From Paraphysomonas bandaiensis (Eukaryota > Protista > Chrysophyceae), in assembly GCA_965644295.1 (NCBI GenBank), contig CBFFRP010000123.1, positions 372,001-436,000 of the forward strand: a DNA stretch of 64,000 nt, given 5' to 3'. This document shows, one piece after another, positions 50,701 to 62,575 of the stretch. The notes below the pieces were generated by a model. It was given only the letters and a program-made list of their open reading frames with translations. It had not been told where the DNA came from and did no database searches. Position 1 is the stretch's first letter. Every line of letters begins with the position of its first letter. The position numbers and the translations under genes were made by a program.

Positions 50701-51140
50701 GGCAAAATCGTCATAGAGGTTGCATCGTCTTGCAAGAAATGCTTTCGATACAAAACGTCTTCCAATCTTGAATCGTCCTTGGCCTCCAGTTTCGACTTAC
50801 TTACAAAAGTCATCGATCGCTTCATTCCATACCCTGAAAATTGCGTGGAGAGTTGTTGCTCCCGAGATTTGGAGGATAACAATCTCCTTTCGTCGAATGT
50901 TAATGCCCGTATCATCGCCGGCCCCTCTGAATCAAAGAAATGAGGTAACTGTGCCGCTTGTTTCTTAAATCCATTGTCTAAAATTAACTCTTTCTCTTGT
51001 GTGTATGAACGACGTCGCTGTTCATTTACTGTAATGGCTCGTTTCCTAGCATCATAACTCTGATGAGAAGAATATCGTCTCGGCTGCATAGAGGAGTTCT
51101 GTTCGCTCCTGCACTCCTCATTCGACTGCTCATTCCCCAT
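47701..51140 (-). CDS. Tandem double ATP-grasp ligase (L-amino-acid ligase / carnosine-synthase-like family) with N-myristoylation motif
   Basis: Two units of VVD(T/P)FSTGA, AGAETGVELAD, RR(D/N)KY, VVKPVDSAGSEDV, VQEYLDGQEY, GPSH(A/G)EV and E(I/V)(A/G)ARCHGG. They are joined in frame across an intron (QEYKR|VEELEH); start MGNEQS. Confidence 0.88.
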
Positions 51141-51629
51141 TGCACAAAAATCGAAACCTTACAGGTTGATATATATCGTTTCAACAGTACATATACAGAT
51201 GAATTCTATCTTCTACAACTATGAATATATACATACAGACAGACTCTCTTTACATACATGTATATGTTCAGTCACATGTTGAATGATGTCTTGTTGCTGT
51301 GTTTAGACTGTAGAAGATCTTGTTTTTGTGTATGTTCATGTTCACTCTCATTCGTCCATACTCAAAGAAGTCTAGAAGTATGGGCTACAACAATCAGACA
51401 AAACTCCCGTATTATATATACGGCTGTGTATCGTGTATAGTCACACAGTTCACTCTATTTTAAAGTTTAAAATCCCTTTGAGTGATATACATGAGCTCTG
51501 TGGCGTATATCGTACACCACATCCACTTATGAAACTATATCACTATTCTGGTGGTGCTCTGAGTATTCAGTCTTGATTTCGGTGGAAATCTGATCGTGTC
51601 AGGCGTATTTTGAGGCCACTTTATCAAGT

Positions 51630-54600
51630 ATGAATCAACATATGGCTCTGACTGATAAGAAAGAAACAGACAATTCAGTTGTGATTAGAAAACTGGATGA
51701 TGTTACAATAAATAGGATAGCTGCTGGAGAGATCATTCAACGTCCTTCAGCGGTTGTAAAAGAGATGCTGGAGAATTCACTGGATGCTGGTGCCACCACA
51801 ATCACAGTCACCGCTAAATCTGGAGGAATGGCTTTCTTGCAAGTTCAAGATAATGGTCATGGAATAAAGAAAGAGAGTTTGGATATCGTTTGTGAGAGGT
51901 TTACGACTTCCAAGATTACAAAATTCGAAGATCTTCGTACAATTGGAACTTTCGGGTTCCGGGGTGAGGCTCTGGCAAGCATATCTCATGTCGCGTATGT
52001 TACCATTATCACGAAGACTGCAAAGCAGGCATGTGCATACAAGTCGAAATATGTGGATGGCCGCCTTGTTCCTCTGAAACCTGGAGAAAAACCCGTTCCG
52101 AAGGCTTGCGCGGGGGTAACTGGGTGCACCATTACAGTGGAGGATTTATTTCACAATATGCTTACCAGACGCCAGGCATTTCGTAGTTATAATGACGAGT
52201 ATCAGCGCATCCTTGATGTCGTGACAAACTATGCGATTCATTTTGGTGATCGGGAAGTATCCTTTATTTGCAAGAAGGTTGGCTCTGCAAGTGCAGACTT
52301 GCAGACATCTCAAACTTCGTCAACTAAAGATAACATTAAGCTTGTGTATGGGGCAAGCGTCGCGAAAGAGCTTCTGGATTTTCATGTTTCAAGTGAAGAA
52401 GCAGAAAGAGTTGAGACTAAAGATAGGTATACACTTTTTTCTGCTCCTGATATCACCGACTCTGCTACAGCTAGTGAGTCAGCAACCCTTTCCTACGTGA
52501 TAGATGGTTATTTATCTAATGCAAATTACTCCACTCGCAAGGCCACTTGCATTATATTTATCAATAATCGCCTGGTTGATTGCTCCTCTGTACGGCGTAC
52601 GATCGAGTCCGTGTATGCCCAATATTTGCCGAAGCATACTCATCCATTTGTTTACCTCTCAATTCGCATGCCGCCGCAGCATGTAGATGTCAATGTACAC
52701 CCTACCAAGAAAGAGGTACACTTCCTGTATGAGGAAGAGTTGCTAGAAAAACTACACACATCTACCGTTGCTTTGCTTCAAGGGGCCAATTTTAGTCGCG
52801 TGTTTTACACTCAGACTTTGATGCCGCTCAAGGAACTTAGTGATGTGGCGGGCGAAACTCCATTGCGCATATCAGGTAAAAAACGGGCCCCTTCAGCTCA
52901 AAAAGGTTCTAAAATAGTGCCTGAAGTGGACAGCGAAGAAGATTCTGTAGATCAAGGAAATAGCGATTTAATATCTGGTGATAAAGAGATTAGACCTGGA
53001 AGCCTCAGTGTTAAAACTTCATTGCCCGCAAGAGGGCGGCGAGTACTCTCGGACGAATCAGATGAGGAATCGGATTCGCAAATTGACTGTAGCAGCTTCG
53101 ATATCGAAGCACTGGGCGACGAGACGTTCTTTCCAGATGATGGACAAAGTAGAAGTGGTGAGAAGACCCCGCAACCCTGTGAGAGAAAAGCACTAACTCT
53201 TCAAACAAGCAATCATGACATTTCTCCCGTGCTTGCAACTGGTGGGCAAGATAGCCCTGAAGATTGGGGTGAATGTGACGATTCTGGAGACGATTTAAAT
53301 GAGACTATTATCGACAGGAAAGGAAGAATTAAGAATGGTCGGATGACGACGAACAAAGACGCTTTATCGTTTCCGGAATATACAAATGAGGCAAGCGACG
53401 ACGAAGAAGTCAATGAATTGGAGACTTCAAGCGTTGAAGAGGAAAGTATCGAGAGTGGGGAGGAAGAGCAGCAAGCAGAAGTAGTACCACCGATAGCTAG
53501 TGTGTCCAAAAAGCGCAGATTGGAACGCACAACAACATCTGCACAATTGGCAGTTGTCCCAACACGTACGCGAGCTAATACAGCTCCTGTGAAACGTGCT
53601 GCAAGAGCGGACAACAAACTCGTTCGCGTGGACCACTCGGATTCTCGCATTGATGACTATTTTCAACGATCTTCGGGTCGAATTCATTCGACGCAGAATA
53701 GTCTAGTCGAGAATATATCTTCAATTTCAGCTTCTGTGTTGCCATCGTCATCAACAGATGAGGACACTGCAGTTGGGCACTGCCACGAATGTAAAGAAGA
53801 GGTAACCAGTGGGGCCAACAAGCGAAATGAAGAGGATACAGAAATATTTGTAGCTCCTATGGAGGTGTCCATGGAGTCAGGCCGCCAGAAAATGGCCCGA
53901 TATCGACGCACCCCTTTCCGGTATGCTTCCGTGCAGTCTTTGCTCGATAACATCCCTGAGGAATCACACAGCGGACTGAAGACTATACTAAAACGCCACA
54001 GTGTGGTTGGCGTTCTCAGCAACACACATCTACTCATTCAGCATGACACCAGGCTATTATTGATCAACTACTCTAACATGGCGTTTCATATGTTCTACCA
54101 GTTGGCCATTAGCAGGTTAGGAATCATGCCTCGGGTTGTAATTGAGAACCCGGTCCCAGTGAAGGACTTTGTTCTTTGTGCATTGGATTTACCTACCGCC
54201 CAGTGGAGCCCAGAAGATGGAGATAAGGAGACCATTGCTACGGCCGCAGTTGATTTATTAGTTTCGAAATCGGACATTTTGGATAAGTATTTTAGGATAT
54301 CTATATCATCGGAGGGTATGCTAACTGGGATCCCGGAACTGCTGGAGGGATATACACCGTCTCCTGTGTCAATTCCAGTGTTCTTGCTAAGACTTGCAAC
54401 AGACGTGGTATGGGGTAGTGAAGTAGAGAGATTTTCGGGAGTGGCGAAGCAGCTTGCGTTGTTGTACAGCGATCTAGACTGTGGAATGGACCCTGTTGAA
54501 GAAACTTCGTCGGGTAATAGTATCACGCCTGCTTCACCCGAAACGGAAAAACTTGTGAAGGGAAAAATTCTTCCTGCTATTCGAGCTTACTTGGACCCTC

Positions 54601-54680
54601 CTCGGGAATTCTTGCATGATGGCACAGTTGTACAAATTGCTGCCTTAGAGCAGTTGTATAAAGTTTTTGAAAGGTGCTAA
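51630..54680 (+). CDS. MLH1: DNA mismatch repair protein MLH1, intronless, 1016 aa
   Basis: NRIAAGEIIQRP, KEMLENSLDAG, DNGHGI, GFRGEALASIS, VDVNVHPTKKEV and terminal LYKVFERC. Confidence 0.98.
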   Translation: MNQHMALTDKKETDNSVVIRKLDDVTINRIAAGEIIQRPSAVVKEMLENSLDAGATTITVTAKSGGMAFLQVQDNGHGIKKESLDIVCERFTTSKITKFEDLRTIGTFGFRGEALASISHVAYVTIITKTAKQACAYKSKYVDGRLVPLKPGEKPVPKACAGVTGCTITVEDLFHNMLTRRQAFRSYNDEYQRILDVVTNYAIHFGDREVSFICKKVGSASADLQTSQTSSTKDNIKLVYGASVAKELLDFHVSSEEAERVETKDRYTLFSAPDITDSATASESATLSYVIDGYLSNANYSTRKATCIIFINNRLVDCSSVRRTIESVYAQYLPKHTHPFVYLSIRMPPQHVDVNVHPTKKEVHFLYEEELLEKLHTSTVALLQGANFSRVFYTQTLMPLKELSDVAGETPLRISGKKRAPSAQKGSKIVPEVDSEEDSVDQGNSDLISGDKEIRPGSLSVKTSLPARGRRVLSDESDEESDSQIDCSSFDIEALGDETFFPDDGQSRSGEKTPQPCERKALTLQTSNHDISPVLATGGQDSPEDWGECDDSGDDLNETIIDRKGRIKNGRMTTNKDALSFPEYTNEASDDEEVNELETSSVEEESIESGEEEQQAEVVPPIASVSKKRRLERTTTSAQLAVVPTRTRANTAPVKRAARADNKLVRVDHSDSRIDDYFQRSSGRIHSTQNSLVENISSISASVLPSSSTDEDTAVGHCHECKEEVTSGANKRNEEDTEIFVAPMEVSMESGRQKMARYRRTPFRYASVQSLLDNIPEESHSGLKTILKRHSVVGVLSNTHLLIQHDTRLLLINYSNMAFHMFYQLAISRLGIMPRVVIENPVPVKDFVLCALDLPTAQWSPEDGDKETIATAAVDLLVSKSDILDKYFRISISSEGMLTGIPELLEGYTPSPVSIPVFLLRLATDVVWGSEVERFSGVAKQLALLYSDLDCGMDPVEETSSGNSITPASPETEKLVKGKILPAIRAYLDPPREFLHDGTVVQIAALEQLYKVFERC

Positions 54681-55381
54681 TGTCTATGGCTTCAAATGTC
54701 CCTGTAATTAGTTTGACGAATCGTTTGCTCTGTGTTTTTGTATATCATTTTTAGTGCAGCTTTGTTTATATACTACGACAAACTATATCATGTTGTAGTT
54801 GCAATCGATCACTTGCATGGGCAGCTCTTCCGTGTAGTTTTCTTGTCGATTCGTTTTACTTTTAATTACTTTGCATATCCTAACAAAAGGCGTTGCACGG
54901 GCAAACTACTCGTCCTTCTTAGTGTTTTGACAAAAACATCTTATTGCTACATTGCTACCATCCACTGAACATTCATTGTCCTGCACTTAGACTGAACAGG
55001 GATAGGGAACAATATATTGAATTGCATTATATTGTACACATGGGCCGTTTTAAAAACTTCATTAATATTATTGATGGAGCGCTATCTAACAATAGTATGA
55101 TTGCAGTATATCAATATATTGTTCCCTATCCCTAGTATGAAACGTATAGCTGGCTTCCATGTCAGTGCGTAAACGCAATATTCTTTCGTGGAAAAATACT
55201 CTACATAAACAAACAGTGCAACATTTCCACCACTAAAGCCGTACAGAGAGTGCAAATCAGACATGTCTCAAGCACACTCACAGAAAGGAGGAAGCAGCAC
55301 AATTAGAGAACTAAATTTTAATAATACACACACGACACTCTTATCATTTTAAACTTCTTCGTCGTCAATCCTAACTAAGCC

Positions 55382-55725
55382 CTAATTAATTTTGGTAAGG
55401 TTGGTACATTTATGCTTCATCAAACCAGTTAATTGACTACTGAACTGAACAACATTATTTGGAGACACGATTGTAAATATATTTGATGTAGCATGCTTCT
55501 TATCAATTTTGGCTCTCACGAGACATGAATACGGTCGCCGAGCGTTGGCTTCAGTGTCCTCACTGAATTTATTAGAAGGAACTGCGAAATAGTTATTGTG
55601 TTTCATATTTTAACGTGTCACATACCTCTCTTAATAGTGACCCACACTGATCCAGACTCACGGGTTAGTTCATAAAATTCTGCTAGGGAATCAAAAAACT
55701 CTGCATTGCTGAGAGGAGAACTCAT
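55382..55725 (-). CDS. SRP14: Signal recognition particle 14 kDa protein (2 exons)
   Basis: Spliced MSSPLSNAEFFDSLAEFYELTRESGSVWVTIKR|VPS...CLVRAK...IFTIVSPNNVVQFSSQL... Confidence 0.85.
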
Positions 55726-56197
55726 GGCTGATTATTGATATATATATATGGAACTTGCAGTCCTCAGCTACTGACTATACTCTCATTGCGTTCACACACA
55801 CTGTGACCATGACCGTAGAGTATATATATACATGTAGTATGTATGGTACTCTGGTGTGCATATGGTACACTGTACGTATATAGTGCTGTATTCATGTATG
55901 GCCGACATAGAGAATACAGAGAATACAAAGAATACAAAGAATACCTCGATAGCTGTTAATTATGATGATCAACAGTATTATGTGTACAGCAGTATTATGT
56001 GTACAGTATTTTTGTCTTGTTGGAGTCTTTTGGCTATGAGATCATTCACCAGAAGCCTAGCTGCCACATTAAGTGATCAGACTCATCCATGTGCTGACGG
56101 TTCGTGTCTTGGAAGTCTTGATTACGGTGGATTTTCTTCAGATATATATTTCTAAAGGTGTATATACAACTCTGTTAGTATAGAAGTATTAATCACA

Positions 56198-59100
56198 ATG
56201 GACAAAACCATCAAACAGAAACGACCTTCAATGAAAATACGGATACTAGTCACTCTCATTGTGTGTGGCATTGTGTCAGTGTTCTTTATTATGTCACGTC
56301 AACTTGAGTCCGCTCATGTATCCAGCGAAAGTCTTCAAGAATTAAAGTTACGAGGCTCCACAGTTGCTGTGAAATCAGCAGATGGCCAAAACATGACATT
56401 TGATACAGAGCGACACGACGAACTACGTGGACTGGAGCAAATAAATAATACACACAATTCCAGTAGAAAAGAGCAATTTAATTTGCATGCTGTGAGTGCT
56501 AAGATCCCTGTTGTGTCCGCACCTCCCTATATTGAGGGAGACAATCCTACAGAACAAAGTGCATCCACAGTCATGCCCACACTTGAGCGTATTAAAGTTG
56601 TACAGGAGCCTAATGAAACGTCACTGAATCTAGATATAGTACCTGAAGCTGTGTTGAGGCCCAATCCCATATCTGCCTCTGCTCTGCCCCAGGAATATCG
56701 GCCTCTTTCACCCCTACAAGCTATTGTGCAGCTCTCAATGGAGAACCAGATGATTAATGAGAGCAGCCATGCATACTTATCATATATTTATGAATCCTAC
56801 TGGAAAAGTATCGCCTTAGAAAAGAAGCAGAGTGTTCAAGCGAGTAGCAAGGCTAGCGAAATCCTGAATAGATTTCGGCTGGCTCTGAAGTACGGAAGGG
56901 TGTGCAACGAGGACTCCTCGACCAAATCCTCCACTCGAGCAGGCCGTATTCCCGGTAGCAGTACTGGGGAATCCATGCGCAAAGCTGCTTTACGTGAAGT
57001 AATGTCCCGCTCTAGTCGTCTTTTCATTGAATATTCACGACAAAAAGGTCCTCCTACTGCTCGCACATGCGCTGCTATGAAAGTGTCAAGTTCTTTTCCC
57101 AGCGCTTTGTCCTTATTATTTGATTCATCGCCATATCGCACATACAACATAGAATCGGGACCAGGTCTCCCTTCTTGTGGATTAGAATCTCTTCCAAGCC
57201 CGGTCCATCCGCCGTCAAACGTAATTATATCATCTCCTCCCGACTCTAGCATGCCGGCCTCAACGTTTATGTATCAGGCATTCGATTGTGTACAGTTGAT
57301 AGGTTCATTTGAGTCTCTTTTTACTGCTGACACCACACCACTTCCTTTTGATCTTGAAGATTCTCTTGGAACGGCGCTATGTCGTTGCAATGTCACTATT
57401 TTACCGTCATCGCTGCCCTCCTCGTCGTTTTTCTCAAATTGGGAAGGGGTGGAAATGCTTGTTCTAGAAGCTGTACAGGCACAAGGTTTATGCTCTGTTG
57501 AAATTAATAGTACATCATCAGCTTTATCTTCGACTTCCACTGGCACGTCTTCGTACGTTTCTGGTGGTAGATCCTCTTCGTCGACGGAAATGCTTTACAT
57601 ACACCGTGTGGAGTCAACGTATCCCATTGACACACTGTCGACTTCCTCCCTCTTGCAACTAGACCTTGATCTGAACAGCCGCGTTCACATCATGTCCAGT
57701 GTCATATGGGCAGATAAATATCTTCGATTTAATGCAATGGCAGATCATTTGAAAGTGACAGAAGCTGAGAATTTGTTTTCTATGGATGCTCACTCTCTAG
57801 TAGAACCACAGGCTAATACACATTTGGGACACCGCAAAGGCCCAAAGGCACAACAGGTGAAGTCTGACTCAGTTTCTTCTTCGACTGCTCAGCGTCCTAG
57901 CTCTTGGAGCAATGATTATTCTTTTGTTAGACGGTCGAATGGAATAAAAACGTCACCTCCTGTTGGTATGAATGGATGGAGCGCTACGTTCGTTAAGAAT
58001 GAACCTGCGCGTCGCGTATCCAATAGCACATATCCTCCGTCCAATATTGTCGCTACGTCGAATGGCAATGTGACAAGTAATCATTCGACTGATGAGTACT
58101 ATCTTGAACGATATCGCAATTCTTCCGCCTATGCAGGTAGATCCTTATTAAGTTGGGATGGCAAGACCGATACACCATCTACTTCGAGTCGTATTGCAGG
58201 CATCGCTACCAGCAACAGCATATCTAGAAGCATAACGACAAAAGACACTAAACAGTTTCGTGAACCCGCTAAACATAGAAGTCGGTCGCTACCAGATGTA
58301 CCAGTTACAAACTGGCGCACAAAGTATGCTGCTCACTCGAGTGGTGATGTATTTGACGATTGGATTGAGCGCGAGATGGAGAGTAGAGGCTCCATCTCCA
58401 GCAGCGGTAGTGATAACTCAATGGACAGGTCGTGTTCCTTTTTCTTTCTTGTACTTGTCATGACTAGTGTTCTTTTCAGTGGAAGGCGATCTAGTCGGGT
58501 GGAACAGTTGTCGTGGACTTCACGGCTACAACAAAAAGCTCTTCGCGCTCGTGAAGATCGGAAACACTACCAACGATGGATGCATGTGATTCGACGTCAT
58601 ATGTACAGTAGTAGACCGAGTCGGTATAAACAGAATAGGAGCACAAGAAATTTAAAAGCGAATTTTAAACAGTCTGATAAACACCCATTAATATATTTAT
58701 TTGGGCGGTATGTAGAGATTTTTATGTCACTGTTTTCATACACACTAATCGATTTGCACCCAGACATGTCACTATGCTCAGTATTAAGATTGCACAGATG
58801 TTGACAACTAGTTCCACATCACCCGGCTCACTTGATCGGGTTGGAATGGTAATATCCCTGCTTACGGATTCTCAGTCGTGGGAACCTCATAGAGACCTAA
58901 TTGAAACACTTGATGTAAAAAATAACTTCATCTGTCACCAACAGGTAATGAAAAATATACCCTGCTCAATTTTAGGTTTGTCTTACTGTGCTAAGATATC
59001 GGAGCCTATGCTGGCTGCACTGGCTGCTGCTCCAGAGTTAGCTGACGTCGTTATTATTCAAGTCGATGTTTTTGTCCGCTTGCTCGCGCAAGCAGTTGAA

Positions 59101-61846
59101 ATGAATTCACCTGGAGATACTTTCCAAAGCTTACAACATTGCCATTTGAGGTACTGTATAAGTCATACACGGTGTTGATTTTCATATATACGTGTTATAC
59201 TTTTAGTTTGTCTACGTTTGAAAAGTTATTTGCTGTGTTGCTCAGTCTGGGAGATTCTGTTTATGTTGAGGTAAAGTTGGTGTTTTTGTAGCTTTTTAGT
59301 CTGAATTTTGCTTTTCGAAGTTACCGGAAATTGGTTTTATTCACTCCCTATTTCTCAAATATGCAAATGAGTGCGCTGGCATAGTTACGGAACGTTATCA
59401 GAATATATCTTCCGTCCTAAAGTATACAGCTTCTCGCATTCCTATTCCTGAAGCGATGCAAAAAGATATATGTTCTCACTTCGCAACCGGAGAGTGTTTA
59501 CAAGTTCACATTTCTGAAATTGAAGAAATCAGTACCGGTGGTGCGGATGCTCAGGTTGGAGCCGTAATATATATTATATGAGTTAACTGCCAATTAGGGT
59601 TATCCAACATCTATATATGAAATACATGTCCAGATAGGGAACTTTACTACAGATAGTGGCAATGATTCAGAGAACCGTTTATCAGAAGGAAGCGATTCCC
59701 TGGTATCTGAATTTTCATCTGTGAAGATGGCTCACCATGGAATTAGCGTATACACATTGTTGCACCTAGGAATTGACAATGACTTGCGCAAAGTGTTGAT
59801 GAAGCTATATTTAGACTTCCCGATATATCATGTCGGTTCAGTTGGCCAAGAAAACATTTTTCCATGGACGTTGTTTGTTCAAGTTTATATCCAACAAAAA
59901 GATGAACCCAGTCGAGTTCTTGATTTAGTACATTTTTCAAAAGCAAGTAACGATGATGTAATTTCAAAAGTGAAAAGTAGTACATGGTCAGTGTCCACGG
60001 GAGAAGAAGACCTATTTTCTGCCCGCAGAGCTGCTGATTTATACTGGAACACAATACGAAGGGAAATGAAGTCCCATCGCAGTGAGCTTGCAGCCGAGGC
60101 TAGGTAAGCGAGCTTCGGCAATATTTATTTTGTTAATTGAAATGTCGTTTGTCTAGATTCTCATTTGTTGAGCACAATAGTGGGATGGGTTTCTTATCTG
60201 CACAGTTAGCGCTGGAATACAGCAACGCTAGCGTCATATCTCTTGAGAAAAACAAAGCTAAAACCGATCACCATGTTAGGATGGTAACAGATTTAAATAT
60301 CGAAAACAATATTGTATGTACAAAAGGTATCGAAAGTGACAGCTATGTTTTTCAACGAATTTATGAGAGTCCGGAATTGTTTCGTTTCCAATTATATGCC
60401 CGGGGTCTGTTAGAAGCATTCGGTGATGCAAATGATATGGAGAGCTGGGGTAAAGACCTGGGAGCAATTCTATCATCTGCACTTACAACATTTGTGGCTG
60501 TTCCTTCAGCAGCGCAAGTGTCACTTGTCATGTCTGTGTTTTCGGATTTTAAAGGTGGCCACTTGTCCGGTCCCTATCGACCGCTCTCGGATATATATGG
60601 AAGTCATGCGTCTGATGCAGAAAGTATGCAGTGGGAACAGTCTTCATCCGTTTCTACTCATCCGAGAGATGAGTACAGAGGGTTTGAAACGATGTACCTT
60701 CTCTCTGCCACTCGCGCATATAATGGAGCAACTCAAATATCACTGAGTCCCGTTTATGCTGACGAAAAATCGGCCTCTCCACTTTTGATACGGTGTGACA
60801 TCACTAATATGACACGTCATGTGCATCATCACTATGACTACGCGAAAGATGGACATTCAAGAACGTATACTATGAGGGTGGAAGTGAATTCATCTGAAAC
60901 GAGTGCTGTCGTAAACACTGTTGGTGATCCGTCAGTAGCTATTCCCTCGCGAAATGGTGAGCATGTTACTCTTGAATCTCTCGTAGCTCCGGGAAGTGCT
61001 GCTACTGTATACGACCTTCCGTTTGGGATGCATCCTAACCATCATGAAGTAGTATCTGTTAGATTATATAGAGATAAGGATGCTTTCCCCATTCCTTACA
61101 CAAGCATTTATGGTGTCACGTTAATATCGATATTGCGTATGGGGCTGGATGAAAGGCAAAGAGAGAGACTATTCACATCGTTTTTAAAGCTACCACTTTA
61201 CGAAGATATGGCTCCCTGGAATATAGTTTTGATGGGAAAGGTTTGCCATTGTGGATAATTTCGTGGCTATATAACGTCGTGCTAATGTAGGAAATGGCAT
61301 ATATTGACTATGATACACGGGATATCACATTTGATTCTGATGTTCCAAAAGCCTATCGGGTAACTCTTAGAGGTTATTTCAACTGCGTTCAAGCATGACA
61401 TGTGTTGCAGGTAATGTCAGTTCTGATGAACTATAAACGTACAGTGGAGGATTTCAAGAGATGTGGGTCTAAAGCACCAACAGTATACGGTATATCTTTT
61501 ATATCGGATTGCGTGGGTTCTTTTCGGAGTTCTTCGCCCTCTATTACTTGCAGTAACCTCCAATTCCCTGTTCCATGTGCTGACGGTCACTGTCACTCTG
61601 ACTATATTTCATGCCTGCGTGTAAGAATGGTGTCCTGGTTATTTTTCAGTCTTAACAGATTTTGTTCAGGCACTTTCAGACCAAGCGGATGTACTAGTGG
61701 CCGACTCGATTTCATCGGACAAATATAGTGAAATGAGTATTCAGGATATGGAAATGTCTCGAGCAATAGCTGCTGCAATGAAATCTGGAGTAGGAGCTTT
61801 TGACAATAAAGGGTTTGTTTCCTCACTCCGTTCAAAGCAGCAGTGA
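56198..61846 (+). CDS. Large type II membrane protein with Ser-rich stem and two methyltransferase-fold + kinase-like modules
   Basis: N-terminal TM ILVTLIVCGIVSVFFIM; FVEHNSGMGFLSAQLA (class I SAM motif I-like); YEDMAPWNI...YIDYD; Cys-rich C-terminus. ORF pieces are linked by short GT-AG introns. Confidence 0.7.
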
Positions 61847-62575
61847 AAGTTGCTGCTATGTGCTTGTAGATAGGAATTCTTTCTGATGTTTAGTGCATTT
61901 AGGACTTTTTAGGCGTATTGATTGATTTGCGAAAATTAATACATACTCAATTGTAAGTACAAACGTAAAAACTCAGTCGCAATTGATAAAGGTCGTTTTA
62001 TAGAATCGAAATATCATTTCGGCGCTAACAAGACTAAATGATAGAAAAAATGATAGGCTTTTGGTGGATAATATCTATTATGACTGCTGATGAACAATTT
62101 TGGGTAGAAGCGTAGAATCATGTATATGAAGACACGTGGCATGTTCACGGTACTTTTAGTTTTTCTCAAAATTACTTCTGTTCTAAAGTTTCGATAGCTA
62201 CGCACTTATGGAGATAGCAGATTGTTGTTTCACATTGATATTGTAAGTGAATTTAAGCAATACATCTGAGAAGCGATAGTTGAAGACACAAGAAATCGTC
62301 ATCAATAGCAATTCTTGATTCTTGTGAAGTGTAGTGTATAGGTATACACAAGCATACTATGTGCACTATGAAAGTGTAGTAGTCGACACAGCTAAAGACA
62401 TTGCTTTGGTGCGTTATGTTTGATAAAAATTATAACGTCCACCAATATATACAAATAACCTTTCATCACATAACTGTAGATGTGAATAACAAACAATACA
62501 AATCTATGGATAACAAATTCCACACTGGTAAAACGTCAAATTGCCGTGAACATGAAGTAACTAAACTGATGTGTT

